A stretch of DNA of 64,000 bases from Eledone cirrhosa (Eukaryota), in contig OZ024747.1 in the NCBI GenBank assembly GCA_964016885.1, forward strand, positions 90,086,001 to 90,150,000. Direction: 5' to 3'. The position numbers and the translations under genes are program-made. How positions within the stretch are numbered: position 1 is the stretch's first letter; every line of letters starts with the position of its first letter. Positions 13,726 through 27,184 of the stretch are shown in pieces. The notes below the pieces were generated by a model. It was not told the DNA's origin. It did no database searches and worked only from the letters and a program-made list of their open reading frames with translations.

Positions 13726-14336
13726 AACTATGTTGAAACTAAATAGCATGAGCTATTAAGAAATGGAGACAAGACAAAAAAAAACAAACAACAACAAAAT
13801 ATAGGATTCCTAACAATAACTATGGGGGGGGGGGACAAACCAACCAAACGAAATAAAATAAAAGCTGCATTTCTGAAGAAGCAATGAAAGCTGCAGTGCT
13901 CAAATGAATATTGGCAGTAATAAATTTGTAAGACTATCTGAGTATAGTCTGCTTGAAGAAGCATGGCAGATGATGCAGGCTTAGAAAGCGAAGAGATAGA
14001 GAAGAGACAGAAAGAGAGTGAAAGAAAGGAGTGGCCAAGGAAAGAACAGAAATGGTAAAGGAAGAAGAAGAAGAATCAATTCTGCTGGAAGACATCAGGA
14101 TTGATAGACAGTAGAAAACTAGGTCACGTTGTTTATCTGCAGGCCACATTGGTGAAGAAGTGAGAGGATATAGAATACAGCAAAGATTAAATATCAAATT
14201 AATAATATACAACACTAAATAATCAGTACATGATACAATGCAAATAAAACAGAACATGATTAGTTCACAAAGGTTTATTTTTCTGCACAGATAGGGTTTT
14301 ATTTCACATTTTAAACAGCCTTTGTAGGTCATTTGA

Positions 14337-14367
<31 letters not shown>

Positions 14368-14614
14368 CATCCACACATACAGATATTATATATATATATA
14401 TATATATATGATATATCTATATATGTACATGTGTGTTTATGTAGTTAATAAATGAAACAAACAATATGTTTGTATGTATGTATGTATATATATATATATA
14501 TATATATATCATATTTGGATATATATACGTACATATATGTATGTAGATGTGTGAATGTGTGCATATATATATATATATATATACACATACATATATACAC
14601 ACATATACATATAT

Positions 14615-14645
<31 letters not shown>

Positions 14646-15739
14646 AAACACCTACAAATATTGATGTTCACATTTCCCCCTTTTTTCTTTTATTTCAACA
14701 TTTCTAAGAGCTTGACAGGTTTACCAATCTGCATCAATCCAATTATTCTGATCTTACCATTTTATTTTACTTTTAATGATTCAACTCAACATGTTTTATT
14801 TAGTAGTGTAACTTCTTGCTTTCAATACATCTCACTAGTTTCATTATCCTCACAGCATTACTTAGTTCTGCTATATACATTCTTATTCATTGTAAATAAT
14901 ATTTAATTAATCCTTACTGTGTTATAAATGAATCCCTACCACTGGTTATTCCCCCCTGCTCCTGGCCATCATCACAATCATCATCAATTATTCAATAATT
15001 CTGTTAGACATATCTGTATGAACAGTATTAATTACACACCCATCTCATGTAACAGGAATAAATATGGCAGTCATCCTTTCTATTTTCTTTGCTTTAAGAC
15101 ACTGCATTACTTTTCTTTGGTCAATAAAATGAACAATGCCAGAAGTTATGATGTTAATAATATGCCCAGAGGAGTCATGTTAGATGTCAGCAGTTTATAA
15201 GACACCAACAAACATTCATATCATTCTTTGATTTAACTGCTTACACTGGCAAATAAGTTACAGAGCAGGAACAAATAATATAGATACAAATATACAGGTA
15301 AATTTATAAGTTGTGAGAGGAATAAAATAGGAGAGCTGTCATTTCAAACTCGAAAATAAAAACAAGAGAACTGACTGTAAGAAGCTGAACAAAGGTCATA
15401 CATGGAATGGCAAGCACCAAGTTTTCTAGGTTTTTAAAGGTGAAATATTTCAAATTATTACACTGTCTGTAAAGGCAAATCAAAATGTCATTGTGATTAA
15501 GTGTCTTCAAGAGTATGGAAACACAAATCAGAAACAATGAAAGTATAGAATCAAAGAAACATCAATATGATAGAGTGCTCAATGAAACATGAGGACTGAA
15601 CTGAAACTACAAGTAAACAACCTAGTCAATAATAAAAATTCCAATAGGTTTTTAGCAAATAATATAATAAGATCTTCAAAAATAGTAGGAGAGATGCTGA
15701 AAACAATAAGGGTTGTTGTAGTAAATGATACTTGGTTAG

Positions 15740-16215
15740 GTAATCAAACTATTCCAGATGTTTGTTATTCTTGGAGACAAATACAGTTGCTCCATTATAT
15801 GTAGATATGCCTGGACAACAAAGAAGATGCAGCAGAAGATCCAGACATTCTTCAACACCTGTCTGAAGTACATCTACAACATCAAATGGCTGGAGAAGAT
15901 AAGAAACAAAGATCTGTGGGAGTGAGTGGGACAGGAACCAGTGGCAAAGCAGATTCTGTGGAGAAAGTGGAACTGGATTGGACATACCCTCATGAAACCA
16001 GCATCCAACACCACATGCCAAGCCCTGACCTAGAACCCGCAAGATAATAGGAAATGAGGCTAGCCTCACAGCAGCTGGAGGCGTGACACTGAGGCTGAAT
16101 TAAGAAAACTGGAAGCCAACTGGAGTGGAGTGGTGAGAGCAGCCCAGCATTGTATAAGATTGTGGAGGGTCGTCAATGGCCTATGCTCCACAGAGAGCGA
16201 TGGGGTTGAATGAGT
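15740..16215 (+). mobile_element. Degraded RTE LINE 3' fragment
   Basis: Translates with breaks to …RKWNWIGHTLMKP…ALT…WRR, typical of the RTE C-terminus. Confidence 0.65.
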
Positions 16216-17094
16216 GATGTCTATTAGCTAGATAAGCACAACTGATTTATGGACTATATAACAATTGCAAAAGAAGTAATTTTAGAAGTTACAAATAGCA
16301 CAGGAAAGACCCTTCTAGTCTAGTGAGAAAACAGGAAAATGATAATATCAAATTCTATTTCTAAACCTGAATATACCAAACAATATGAGTCAATAGAACA
16401 AACTAGAAGGATCAACAATATATTGAGAAACAGTTCAAGAGCACAAGTGGAATCTCTGTAATTCTGTAGATAAAGTGTTGGAAATTCAGCAGATAAACTG
16501 TTGGATGCCAACTCAGAAGTATTGAATCTGAATCAACCACAGGCTTTTTTAAAGTATTTGAGTATATAGCAATAATGGATAGACATCAACTTGAACTTTA
16601 ATGATACAATACTGCTTTTAAAATGATGTGGCTTTATGAGTAAAACCTTACTATAGAAACTAAACTGTACCCCAGGCTTTCATTTGTTTCTAACAGTGCT
16701 AGGTACAGTGCACACAGTTACATTTCACTAACAGCTAGTTCTGCAGTTCTACTTTTATAAGGTTGAATAGTCAACAGCAGGAAGAGTGTCTAGCTGAAAA
16801 AAAAAGTTTTGGTTTATGTAAAATGTCCAAATAAAACCAATAGACCTATACAAGCAAGGAAGAAACAAAATTCTGTGTGTACGCGTGTGTGGAGAGAGAG
16901 AGTGCGGGGAGGAGGGGAGGGGAACAATCCAAAACATTCCAATATCAATCCAACTTCTCTTTCCAAAAGCAATAAAACTGAACAAATATAAAATAATATT
17001 AGACTGGGGGGACAAATATATATATATATAAATCAAGATTAAGTGAGTTGTTTAAAAATATCCAAAGCACTATATAAAAGGACATAATGGTGAT

Positions 17095-17126
<32 letters not shown>

Positions 17127-17871
17127 AAGAGAGAGGTGGGGAGTAAACTGTATTATGATTTGTTTCTACAGAAATGTTCTAAAATATTACACATCTAAAT
17201 ACCAGCCTTAAATACCATAGATGCATAAATTGTATCAGACAAGATAAAAATCAAAATATCTAAATATCTGGGCAAGGATTGTGTACAATTCTTTGGTTTT
17301 GGAAATATTGTATCAACTACTTTTGTACTTGGATAAATCTTTTAAAAGATATGACAATCAGTCACCAACTCAACACTGTCATATGGTAATTGCTAGCAGA
17401 AAAGGTGGAAAAGTGCAAGAGAGACAAATTTGTTAATGACATTCTATAACTATTGAAGGCTATTATCAAAACACAACAGATGGAAATGTAATAGCATTTT
17501 TTTAACAATTTCAGTATTTTTTTTATTTTTATTCAACACACACACACACACACACTCTCTCTCTCTCAAAAATAAAGTTCTGTAAATGTCAACATTCCTG
17601 CAAAGTAACATGTGACTGTTATATATTTCTTATAGTACATTTCATAATGTGCAGCCAAAATTAATGTTGGCATAAGAAATACAGATAATCTCGGGGAAAT
17701 ATTCTCTCAGAATTTTAACTAATAATACTAAACATGACATAAACACATCAGAACATAAGTGTAATTCCATATAAGCTAACGAGGGAGCCACTGTATTGCT
17801 CAACCTGCTAGATGTTGCAAACAAATCTCCTTCAGCTCACACTCTATCACCATCTAAAACAAACATTAGAT

Positions 17872-18030
17872 AGTGGTTTCTGATTTAGGCACAAGGCCAT
17901 CAATTTGGGGGGGAGGGGAAAGAGTCGATTAAATCGACCCCATAAGGATGAAAGGCAAAGCTAACCTCGGCAGGATTTGAACTCAGAATGTAAAGGGCCA
18001 TAACTCTATGTCATAAAACGTTGCCTGATG
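17872..18030 (-). mobile_element. Family A SINE
   Basis: Tail, central domain and B box motifs. Confidence 0.8.
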
Positions 18031-19599
18031 AGGACAAAAAGATGGTCATGCCTGGAATACCTTTGACAATAAGTTTGCTCACTGAGGGCTTGACCGACTA
18101 CTAAATAACTACAATTCCATCCATATGAATATTACACGCTCTCGCTCTCTTCCAGTGTCCAACACAAAACACACTAAATTTTTCTTTCATTTGTTACCAA
18201 TAGTCTAATGGAGTTCTCACTCATAGTCAAGCTGTTCTGCACTGAACTTATCTGGCATCACAGTAGCCCCTAATAATAGTACGATAGACAAGAGTTAACA
18301 ACATTAGAACCTGTGGTGCTTTTACAGTGTATATCATGCAACCTACAAATGTATGGACCAGCTTAAAACATTGTCAATCTGGTGAGCTGGATTGATAAAG
18401 TCATGTCAATGAATTTGAACAGAGCTTTAGCAAAAAAATTGATTAATTAAACAGAACTGAACAAGGTAGCTCAACAACAACAACAACACAAAACAAAACC
18501 CAACACAGTTTTATGTTTTGAAAACATTCAAACTATAGATATATTATTTTTAAACAATTAAGTCTGTCTATACTACTATTAAATGGTTCTCATCATTACA
18601 AAAGAACTAGTCTCTATAAGGGCAAGCTGTCAAAACAAGTCTAGCAAGTTTCATACAAGCATTGCCATTAAGTGGATGGCTAGACTTGTTTGAGCCAATC
18701 CTTCAAGGAGAAAACAGATAAACATTTTAAAAGATAAACCAACATTTTATGTTATGATTTTTATTAGTAAGTTAGAGAAAATAATGATATAGATTATATA
18801 GAGATGACTTCAGTAGCCATTGTCAATGCATGCATAAAATAAATAACACATGTTGGAAATTAGTTAGGACACAATACGTTGTGATGGGGGATTGAAATTA
18901 AGCAACATAATGACAAAACAAACACAAAACAAAAACAGTGTTTGAGTAGAATGTATATTGAGTGACAGACATTTAGAAAACATCAAAATAAATGGATTAT
19001 GCTTGTGTCGAAGTAATCTATATTATACATCTGGCTGAAATATTGTGTTTCATGGACAATGGAAGTATGGAGCCCATTACCAGTGAAACAAAACAAGATG
19101 AACATTATGCAAGAAGATGAGCAATGGAAGCTGAGATAGTAGGACTTTGAAAAGGATCAAAGAGACTTTTTTTTTCTGACAGAATAAATATAAAAAAAAA
19201 TATGATAATGATATTTTATGGTTGCAAGGAAAACTAGTAGAAATTGAGAGTACATATCAAACAATTTGGACATCAAAAAAGAATCAGAAATGAGATACAG
19301 CTAAGTAGAGTGAAAGCCATTGGTTTTAACCAGTTTATGTCAGCATTAGAAACACAAATGATTAAATGCTGATCTAACTTTCATAGTCTTCTTGTCAGGG
19401 CTTACATAAAACAACAATAACAACTGATAGTTTCTCTTTTCTATTGGGACTTCAAAGTAAATGTTTAAACAATAAATAAATTGAAAATGTGTGCAACAAT
19501 ACCAGTGATACTAGTAGGTACAACACATGAATCCATGTACATCACATTGTATTGTTCTAACACATGTATTGTATTGTATTGTTCTAACAGGCAGTCATG

Positions 19600-19945
19600 G
19601 TGGATGAAAAAAGGTTTCAGGACAGTGTTACAAAATTGAAGAAGGATCTAAGCAAATTGGAGGAATGGAAAAATGGAAGGTTAGAGAATAAATGAGAAAA
19701 TAAGTACTAGATATCATGTGAAGGATAAGGGAATTAATGCAGTGGTGGAGCAACAAATGAAAGTAAAGATTGCAAAACTAAAGAAATACAAAGAAGTAAC
19801 CAATTCATGCAGAACAGACTCTTTCAAATCAACCAAAAAAAGATTGTTTGAGAAACTGGAAGGGACTGAAAGGAACAATAGTTTAAGACCATATGCAGAA
19901 GAAGATAGCATTGCTTTTTTTGGAATAACATTTAGACATCAATAA
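19600..19945 (+). mobile_element. R4/Dong-like LINE relic
   Basis: KVKIAKLKKY…F…KKRLFEKLEG…P…E…F resembles the pre-RT region of R4/Dong proteins (recalled, not searched). Confidence 0.45.
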
Positions 19946-21112
19946 AGGAAGCCATAATTATGTTGTCAACCAGTTAATTTGACAAGCATAGTTCTGTGGT
20001 AACAAACTCTCAAGTCCAGACACTGTGAACCAGATGTAGTCTGTGAAACAGTTTGAATCTGTAATTAAAGAACTCAACACCGACTGGACTGATTAAGTCA
20101 CCTCAGTAGATAAAATATTTCAAAAGATGAGGGCATTAAACATATATATTATAATTGAAGAAACACAGCAAAACAGAGACAATTTAATACTTTTATCATT
20201 TATCAGTCTTCAATGATTACAGGCGATGTTTCTAAAACTGGATAAATTACAACATTGAACACCTTTATATTAATTTTAATATCACATATTTAAGAGTGTG
20301 TAAATCATTTACAACATTAAGTCTACATTTCATATTAGGTGTGAATTTTACATTAAACACTGGATATGAAACGCTTAGAAGTTCTAACAGCTTTCATAGT
20401 CAGACATCGATTGAGTGAGCAGATGCATACCCACTTTTTATTTCTCATTTTTCAAAGACAATGATAATTCAGATTTGTTAAATATGAATTAACTTAACTG
20501 CAACAATGCACTGATTCCTAACACTAAAAACAACATTCTTTACCAGAATCTATTAATGCAAAATAAAAATAAAAAAAACAGTAATCTTATATAACTACAA
20601 ACTCAAATTATTATTTATCTAATAAATTTTATATCTATAATAAAGGAAATATATACATAATTATAGATAAAAGCACAATTTGCAGAAATAGTCCCAGTTT
20701 ACATTACATAGATGTCACAGAGACTTTCTTTTTTACACTGAGCATATTTTGCTTTTGTAAGAATATAAGCAACATTCAGTAATCAAAGTGACAGCTTACA
20801 AATAAAAACAGAAAGCTGAACATTAATCACTAAACTAAAGACGCAAGAAATTGTTATAGAAATGAAGCATCTCAGTATTATATATCAATTATATAAAATT
20901 TACTAGTCAAATCAAGTTATAGTGTTTGAAATAGAAAACTGAAGCATACCAAGAATATCTTCACGCAGTACAAAAACAAGGAAAATAATTTACATCTCTA
21001 ATCTACCAAACAACAAAATAAATCTAAGAAAAGCTCATGTGTTGGCAAATGGATTTCTTTATGGTAAGAAAATAGTTATTTCTAAGTAGTCTCTTTAATA
21101 GTGAATAAAATA

Positions 21113-21495
21113 GTGGTTTCTAATTTAGGAACAAGGCCAGCAATTTAGAGAACGATAAAAATCAATTAACCCTTTAGCATTTACATTACTCTATATTTAC
21201 TAGTGTATTTTTATGGTTAAAGCCTTTATCTCGCATAATTATCTCACATAATATTGAATCTATGAGATTTTGATATTATTTATCTTGAGAATAATACCTC
21301 AACACCAGTATGAAGTGAGAGAATTCCAGCCGGATACGGCCGGTTTAAATGCTAAAGGGTTAAACCAACCCCAGTATGTGGCTGGTATGATATTTTACTG
21401 ACCCCCCATAGAGATGAAAAGCAAAGCTGACCGTGGCAGGATTTGAACTAAGAACATAGAGAACCATAATTAAATATAAGGGATTTTCCCTGACA
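21113..21495 (-). mobile_element. Family A SINE interrupted by a piggyBac-type MITE
   Basis: SINE tail lies left of the MITE; central domain and B box lie right of it. Confidence 0.75.
21170..21359 (-). mobile_element. piggyBac-type MITE, complete
   Basis: TTAA|CCCTTTAGCATTTA…TAAATGCTAAAGGG|TTAA, a perfect 14-bp TIR with TTAA TSD. Confidence 0.92.
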
Positions 21496-21502
21496 TTCTT
21501 AA

Positions 21503-21722
21503 CCCTTTAGCATTTAAACTGGCCGTATCAGGCCAGAATTCATGCACCTCTTTCTGTTCGAACCAGCCATCAATGGCCACTCATACTGATGTTAAGGTAT
21601 TGTTCTCAAAATAAATAATATCAAAATCTCATAGATTCGATATTATGTGGGATAATTATGTAAGATAAAGCCTTTACCATGTAATACAATAATAAATATT
21701 GAATAATGTAAATGGTAATGGG
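21503..21722 (+). mobile_element. piggyBac-type MITE, complete
   Basis: TTAA TSD; left TIR perfect, right TIR slightly degenerate. Confidence 0.9.
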
Positions 21723-22069
21723 TTAAGATTCTACCAACACAGTTAATATTATAAGATAATGTAGCCTGTTAAGATTCAGAGACATGTTAATTATACACAA
21801 CCCTGGGACCAAATAAAGGTAACCAATAAGAGTGACAGCATTGTAACTGCTGATAAGTGAAAGTTATTTACAGTGAAACAGTTAAGAAATATTTATATAT
21901 AATCCTTATTAGTTTACAAAAAGTAAATTTAATTTCAATTAGGTGATGGTTAGGGCCGATCTGACTGGCAGTATGCCATAAAACTAGTCATAAGCACTGT
22001 GACTCCTGGCGATATGTCGTAATAAAAAAAGAACCATCCCCCAATCACAAGCACTGTGATACTAAAATT

Positions 22070-22279
22070 AAACATGGAAAGCACCCAGCCCTCACTGTAA
22101 AGTGGTCGTTTAGGAGTCACAACAAAAAACACCCAGTCGACACTGTAAGGTGGTCCTGTAGGTGTCACGCCAAAAAGCACCCAGCACACACTGTAAATGT
22201 GTTTAGCATTAGGAAGGGCTTCCAGCTGTAGAAACCTAGCCAAAATCAGCCAGGGCTGAATTTGGCTAGGTTTCTACAG
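22070..22279 (+). mobile_element. RTE-tail repeat ending in a palindrome with 26-bp arms
   Basis: 48-bp units, then CTGTAGAAACCTAGCCAAAATCAGCC / GGCTGAATTTGGCTAGGTTTCTACAG. Confidence 0.7.
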
Positions 22280-22740
22280 TATTCTATCCCCTATAATTGA
22301 ACACATACCCCTTTGTGTATTTTTCTCTATATATTGTCTTATATATATATATATATACATATATATGTCATCAAAATCATTTAATGTCAGTTTTCCTTGC
22401 TAGTAAGCATTGGATGGGATTGCCATAGACCAAGTAATTATTTAGCTAGAGCAAATGATCTCTCAGACAGACTGTAAATCTCACATATGTTCTACCACTC
22501 TGTATTACTATTGACCACAATGCATCACATAGATTGTAGCTGATCACCTGTGAAATGAGACAGCTTTTACTGATATGCAACATATAGAAATAAGAATATG
22601 ATAAAGAAAAAAAACAATTTAGCCTTCAGTAAAGATTGAATTCAACACAATGGATGTTCAGATTAAATTTTTACTGTCTGTTGAATAAAAGACTCTTAGA
22701 AACTGTAGTAAGATATTTCATACAATAAAAAAAATCCTCA

Positions 22741-22930
22741 CAAACCGGCCAAATTCAGCCAGAACTCTCTCACCGCTTTCTGTTTAAACTGACTAACAAG
22801 CCACTCCTACTGATTTTAAGGTATTTTTCTCAAAATAAATAATATCAAAATCTTATAGATTTGATATTATGTGAGGTAAAGCCTTTACTATGACAATATA
22901 ATAGTAAATATAGAGTAATGTAAATGGTAA
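22741..22930 (+). mobile_element. piggyBac-type MITE, ends eroded
   Basis: Internal homology to 21503-21722. Confidence 0.7.
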
Positions 22931-24494
22931 TACTATGTATTGTAATACACTGGAGTTCCAGCAATTCAAAGCAACATACTCCCTGAGTATCATTCCTTAA
23001 ACTATAAGGAATCTGTTAACATTTAAATAACATTCCTTTTTAGCTATGTAGCCACCTAGTTGCTATATTAGAGCAATGCACATAAAAATGTAGCCACTCA
23101 ATAGCTTTGAAATGTTGCCATGCAGTAGCTTTGAATTTAGAATATATTTTCCCCAAAGCAGCAAGAATTTTGCTTGGTGGCCGAGAAAAATTATTAGGAA
23201 TGTAGTATCCAATGTCTGCAAATACATTTGCTTATAATTTCACTCTTTTTTACCATATTCCGATTAAAAACTACTGCATGGGGCAAATGTGGACTCTATA
23301 AGCCATAGTGAAGGCAACCCATCTAGAATAAACACTCTGAATAAAAACTGATATAGGGTGAAGAGGACTTTTGAGTCAAGTATGACAACCTCTCTAGTGC
23401 TGGTGGCACAAATAATGCACCCAGTCCACATTGTAAATTGGATAGTTATAAGAAGGGTATACAGCCAGAAAAAAACATTGCCGAAATTATGGAAAGCACA
23501 ACACAAGATTCACTGCCTATAATTTGCAAATAACTTTGAAAATAATCAAGAATATTTTTGGAGCAGGTGACTTTATAATATAACTAACTTACTCATTATT
23601 AAGTTAGTGTTTAGAACACAGGTCACCTTTGAACATTGGAACAACTATTATGGCCTTTAATATTTATTAAGCACTATTCCAAAGATTCACCACAACTTCT
23701 TTCCATAACATGGAACTGGGAAATTATAACACACATAACCCTATCACTGAAACCCTTTAGTATAGGTCAACTAACAGAAAATTGTATAACGGTTACGAAA
23801 AAAATTCTAAATAAGCCTACAAGGTAAAAATTAAAAAGAGTCATCACGGGACACTGACTGGTCTAGCAGGCCAGATAGTGGCCTGCGGACTGCCTGTTGC
23901 ATGCCCCTGCTTTAGAATATACCTTAAAGGTTCTCACATAAAATTATGATTGAAGGTTTCTACATTAATGTAAACATTTTAAAGCAAACAGCTTTGTATT
24001 GTGAACCAAAGATATCTTTCAGCAGTTTGGCATCAAAAGGGTTAAGATTTCTTAATGGCATGTAAAACCAAGTAGCAGAAGTCTATTAAAATTATGTTGA
24101 AAATGACATGCACCAAAGATACCACTGAATATTTAATGTCTTTGATTGTCAAGGGTTACAGAAGAATTGGTAGAGACAGATAAATAGATATGACTGATTC
24201 AAAATCAAACAGCAGAAAATATTTACAACTGTTGATGACATTGAAGAAAAAAATTTGACAGGAGAAAATTTATTCAGAAACACAAAAAACAAAATGGTAA
24301 AATTGTTTGCTATCGTCATTACTTCCATTGTATCACTCATCTAAGCTGTTTATTTCTAGGAAGTCATTTCTTTGTTTAATCTTAATTATTGCTAACTTTA
24401 CAAACATATCAAACCCTTTGCAGTAACTCTACCACCATTTTAGAGAGTAGCCACTATAGGAACTCAGAGAATGAAAACATGTCCCAGTGGTTAA

Positions 24495-24707
24495 CCCTTT
24501 AGCATTGAAACCGGCTGTACCAGCCAGAATTCTCTCACCTCTTTCTGTTCAAACCAGACGTAACTGGCCACTCATACTGATGTTAAGGTATTGTTCTCAA
24601 AATAAATAACATCAAAATCTCAGATTCAATTGTATGTGAGATAATTATGTGCAGTAAAGCCTTTGCCATGAGAATACAATAGTAAATATAGAGTAATGTA
24701 AATGCTA
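24495..24707 (+). mobile_element. piggyBac-type MITE
   Basis: Begins TTAA|CCCTTTAGCATT; internal homology to the other copies. Confidence 0.8.
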
Positions 24708-25120
24708 GAGAGTAAAGGCATTTTGTCTCAGACAAAGATGCTTGACTACTAAGAAAGTTATCGTGGCCCTTGTCATATGCATCTGCCAAGAGAGGAGCAA
24801 GTGAATGAGAGAAACTCTATGTGGCAGCACAACCTGCTAGAAGCCTCAGAGAAATCTCCTTCAAATCTCACCCCACCATACATCTCCCATTGAGATGGAG
24901 TTTATATATTCTTTTACTAGTTTCAGGCATTGAACTGTAACAATGCTGGGATACCACTTTCAATGGTTTTAAGCAATTATAGAATGTATTTAAAGCTTGA
25001 TAATTAGTGTATCAATCTATTTATCAAATCATTAATTAGCTTTTTGACATAAAAAAAACAACTCGCATAACAATTTACAGACACACATCAATGTACATAT
25101 ACATATATGCATATAAATAC

Positions 25121-25313
25121 ATGAGTTCTGAGTTCAATCGGAGCTAACCACAGTTAGTAAGGTACTCAATACATTAGTAGTGTGTCAATATCAAGTTTAA
25201 TACAGAAATGGCTTCTACAGGAATAGAACTGTTTCACTCAAGGGCTTTCCTGATGATTTCTTTTGAATAAAACAGTTCTAGTCCTGTAGAAGTAATTTCT
25301 ATATTAAACTTGA
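25121..25313. mobile_element. Penelope-like fold-back mini-element
   Basis: Inverted arms at 25191-25241 and 25263-25313, HHR core in the centre, one-sided extension carrying TATTGAGTAC (minus). Confidence 0.7.
25243..25293 (+). ncRNA. Type I hammerhead ribozyme-like motif (G12A in this copy)
   Basis: CTTTC-CTGATGA-stem II-(A)AAAC-AG…CT-GTA|GAAG; the mirror arm retains GAAAC. Confidence 0.7.
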
Positions 25314-26944
25314 CACACACATACACACGTGTGTGAGTCAAGTTTAATATTTAATGTGTGTGTGTGTGTATATATATAATTTGGGTGTGTGTGTATAAAT
25401 ATGATAATTTTATTCATCTGATTCCAAGCTAGCATGGATCGAAGAGGTTGTTACAGTTCGAGATTAGACAGGTCAAAGAAATACAATCTTGCTCATACAT
25501 CCCATATTATGACATGGCCTCTATTTTTTGCAGAGTGTACTGGGAGAATTTTATCATCTCTATGCCCATTCTAGATACACACACAATTAGAAATTGCTTC
25601 AATATACCCTAAAGAAGGGGTATGTACTTATCTCTGGAACTTGTGACATTAGGCTTTTTTAGTTATGCTTCTAATAAAAGAAAATAATCAGGAAGTTGGA
25701 GATATTTAGTAATATAACTAATTTTCTCATTACTGAACTGGTGTTTGGAATATAACATAACAAAGTTTCTTACATAAAGCTATGATGGAAGGATTTTCTC
25801 ATTACTGAACTGGTGTTTGAAATATAACTTACATAAAACTATGATTGAAGGATTTTAAATAAATTTAAACACTTTAAACCAAATACTTTTGTATCATAGA
25901 TCCAGGAGCAGTTTCGTGTGGTTTAGAATCAAGAGGACAAAGCAGAGTGGTGGAAATAGGTTGAGACTTTAAAATAGATACATTTCCCCCAGAGAACTCA
26001 AGTACTTAGACTCTCTAAGCAATGGAGAATGTGGTGTTTAAGCAAGATACACAACCAATGGCTATAAGGTAAGGAATATTAAGTACTAAACTATCAAATC
26101 AATAGGCTGATAATTTGGGCTCCTCAGCCACTGCATCACAGAACACAGTGATGCACTTTTAAATTAAAGTGCATTTTCAAGTATTCATGATTGATATAAT
26201 ATTTCTTACTTTAATATATATATAGAATGTAACATAAAAATAAACACACTATATTTCACTTCAATACCTAGAAATATCACCAACAATTGTTGATTTATTA
26301 ACACATTAATTTTGACTTCCATCACCGTAAGGTATTTCAGTGATAAGATAAAGAGAGAAAAATATAAATTGATAAAAATCAAATTTACTACTTCCATGAT
26401 GATTCAGACTTAAAATGTTCATGTGAGGAATGTTAAGTTGAAGAATAAAACTTTTACTAAATCTAGTTAAAAGCTTAATACAAAAGAGAAAGCTGTCATT
26501 CCTTAAAAATATATCTTAAAGCCATATTATTGTAGCTTTATTGCTGTGCAGTTAAGCAAATATTTCCAAAAATATATACCAAAACAACACAGTAGTATAG
26601 CCTAGAGCTACTTTATCTTCAATATGGCAAAGATGCATGAAGGAAAGTAGTCAACCTCCCACTTTTGCAGGAATACCATTTTTAATTCTGAACAGCACCT
26701 TATTAGTAGAAAATGTAAAATACAGCTTATAGAAAACTATTCATATATCTTCGATAATATTTTCATCTGTTCAATCCAAAGGGTGTGTTCTACTTCACTG
26801 AAATCAGTTGTACAGTGCAGTTCCAAATACATATACACATAGAAGTTAAACTAAGTTCTCCCAGAAAGTTAAATCTCATGATTGATAGAGTACGAACAGT
26901 AGATAGGAAGGAAATGAGTGTTCACTAGAATATACATATGTATG

Positions 26945-27184
26945 TTCGCGCGATCTGATCAATCGGCAAGATCCCAGACCTCATTCGCTGGACTGCATCG
27001 AATCAGACCAAGGAAACAATGTTTCCATTGCTGATACTATCTACCAGTCACAACTTCTGGCAGAAAGAGCAATGTGAAATAAAGTGTCTTGCTCAAGGAC
27101 ACAACGCATCACCCAGTCCAAGAATTGAACTCGCGTCACGATTGTGAATACAGCTCAATAACCACTAAGCCATGTGCCTTCACT
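26945..27184 (-). mobile_element. CORE-type SINE
   Basis: Minus strand CCTTGAGCAAGACACTTTATTTCACATTGCTC (MIR/CORE-like) after a tRNA-like head. Confidence 0.75.

Noticed and set aside
18025-18050. CTGATGAGGAC…GTC as a hammerhead
   Set aside because: No GAAA or stem III follows; it lies at a junction of two repeats.
24198-24343. Peptide KIFTTVDDIEEKNL…MVKLFAIVITSIVSLI resembling a SNARE C-terminus
   Set aside because: In-frame stop immediately upstream, no acceptor site, and only weak similarity.
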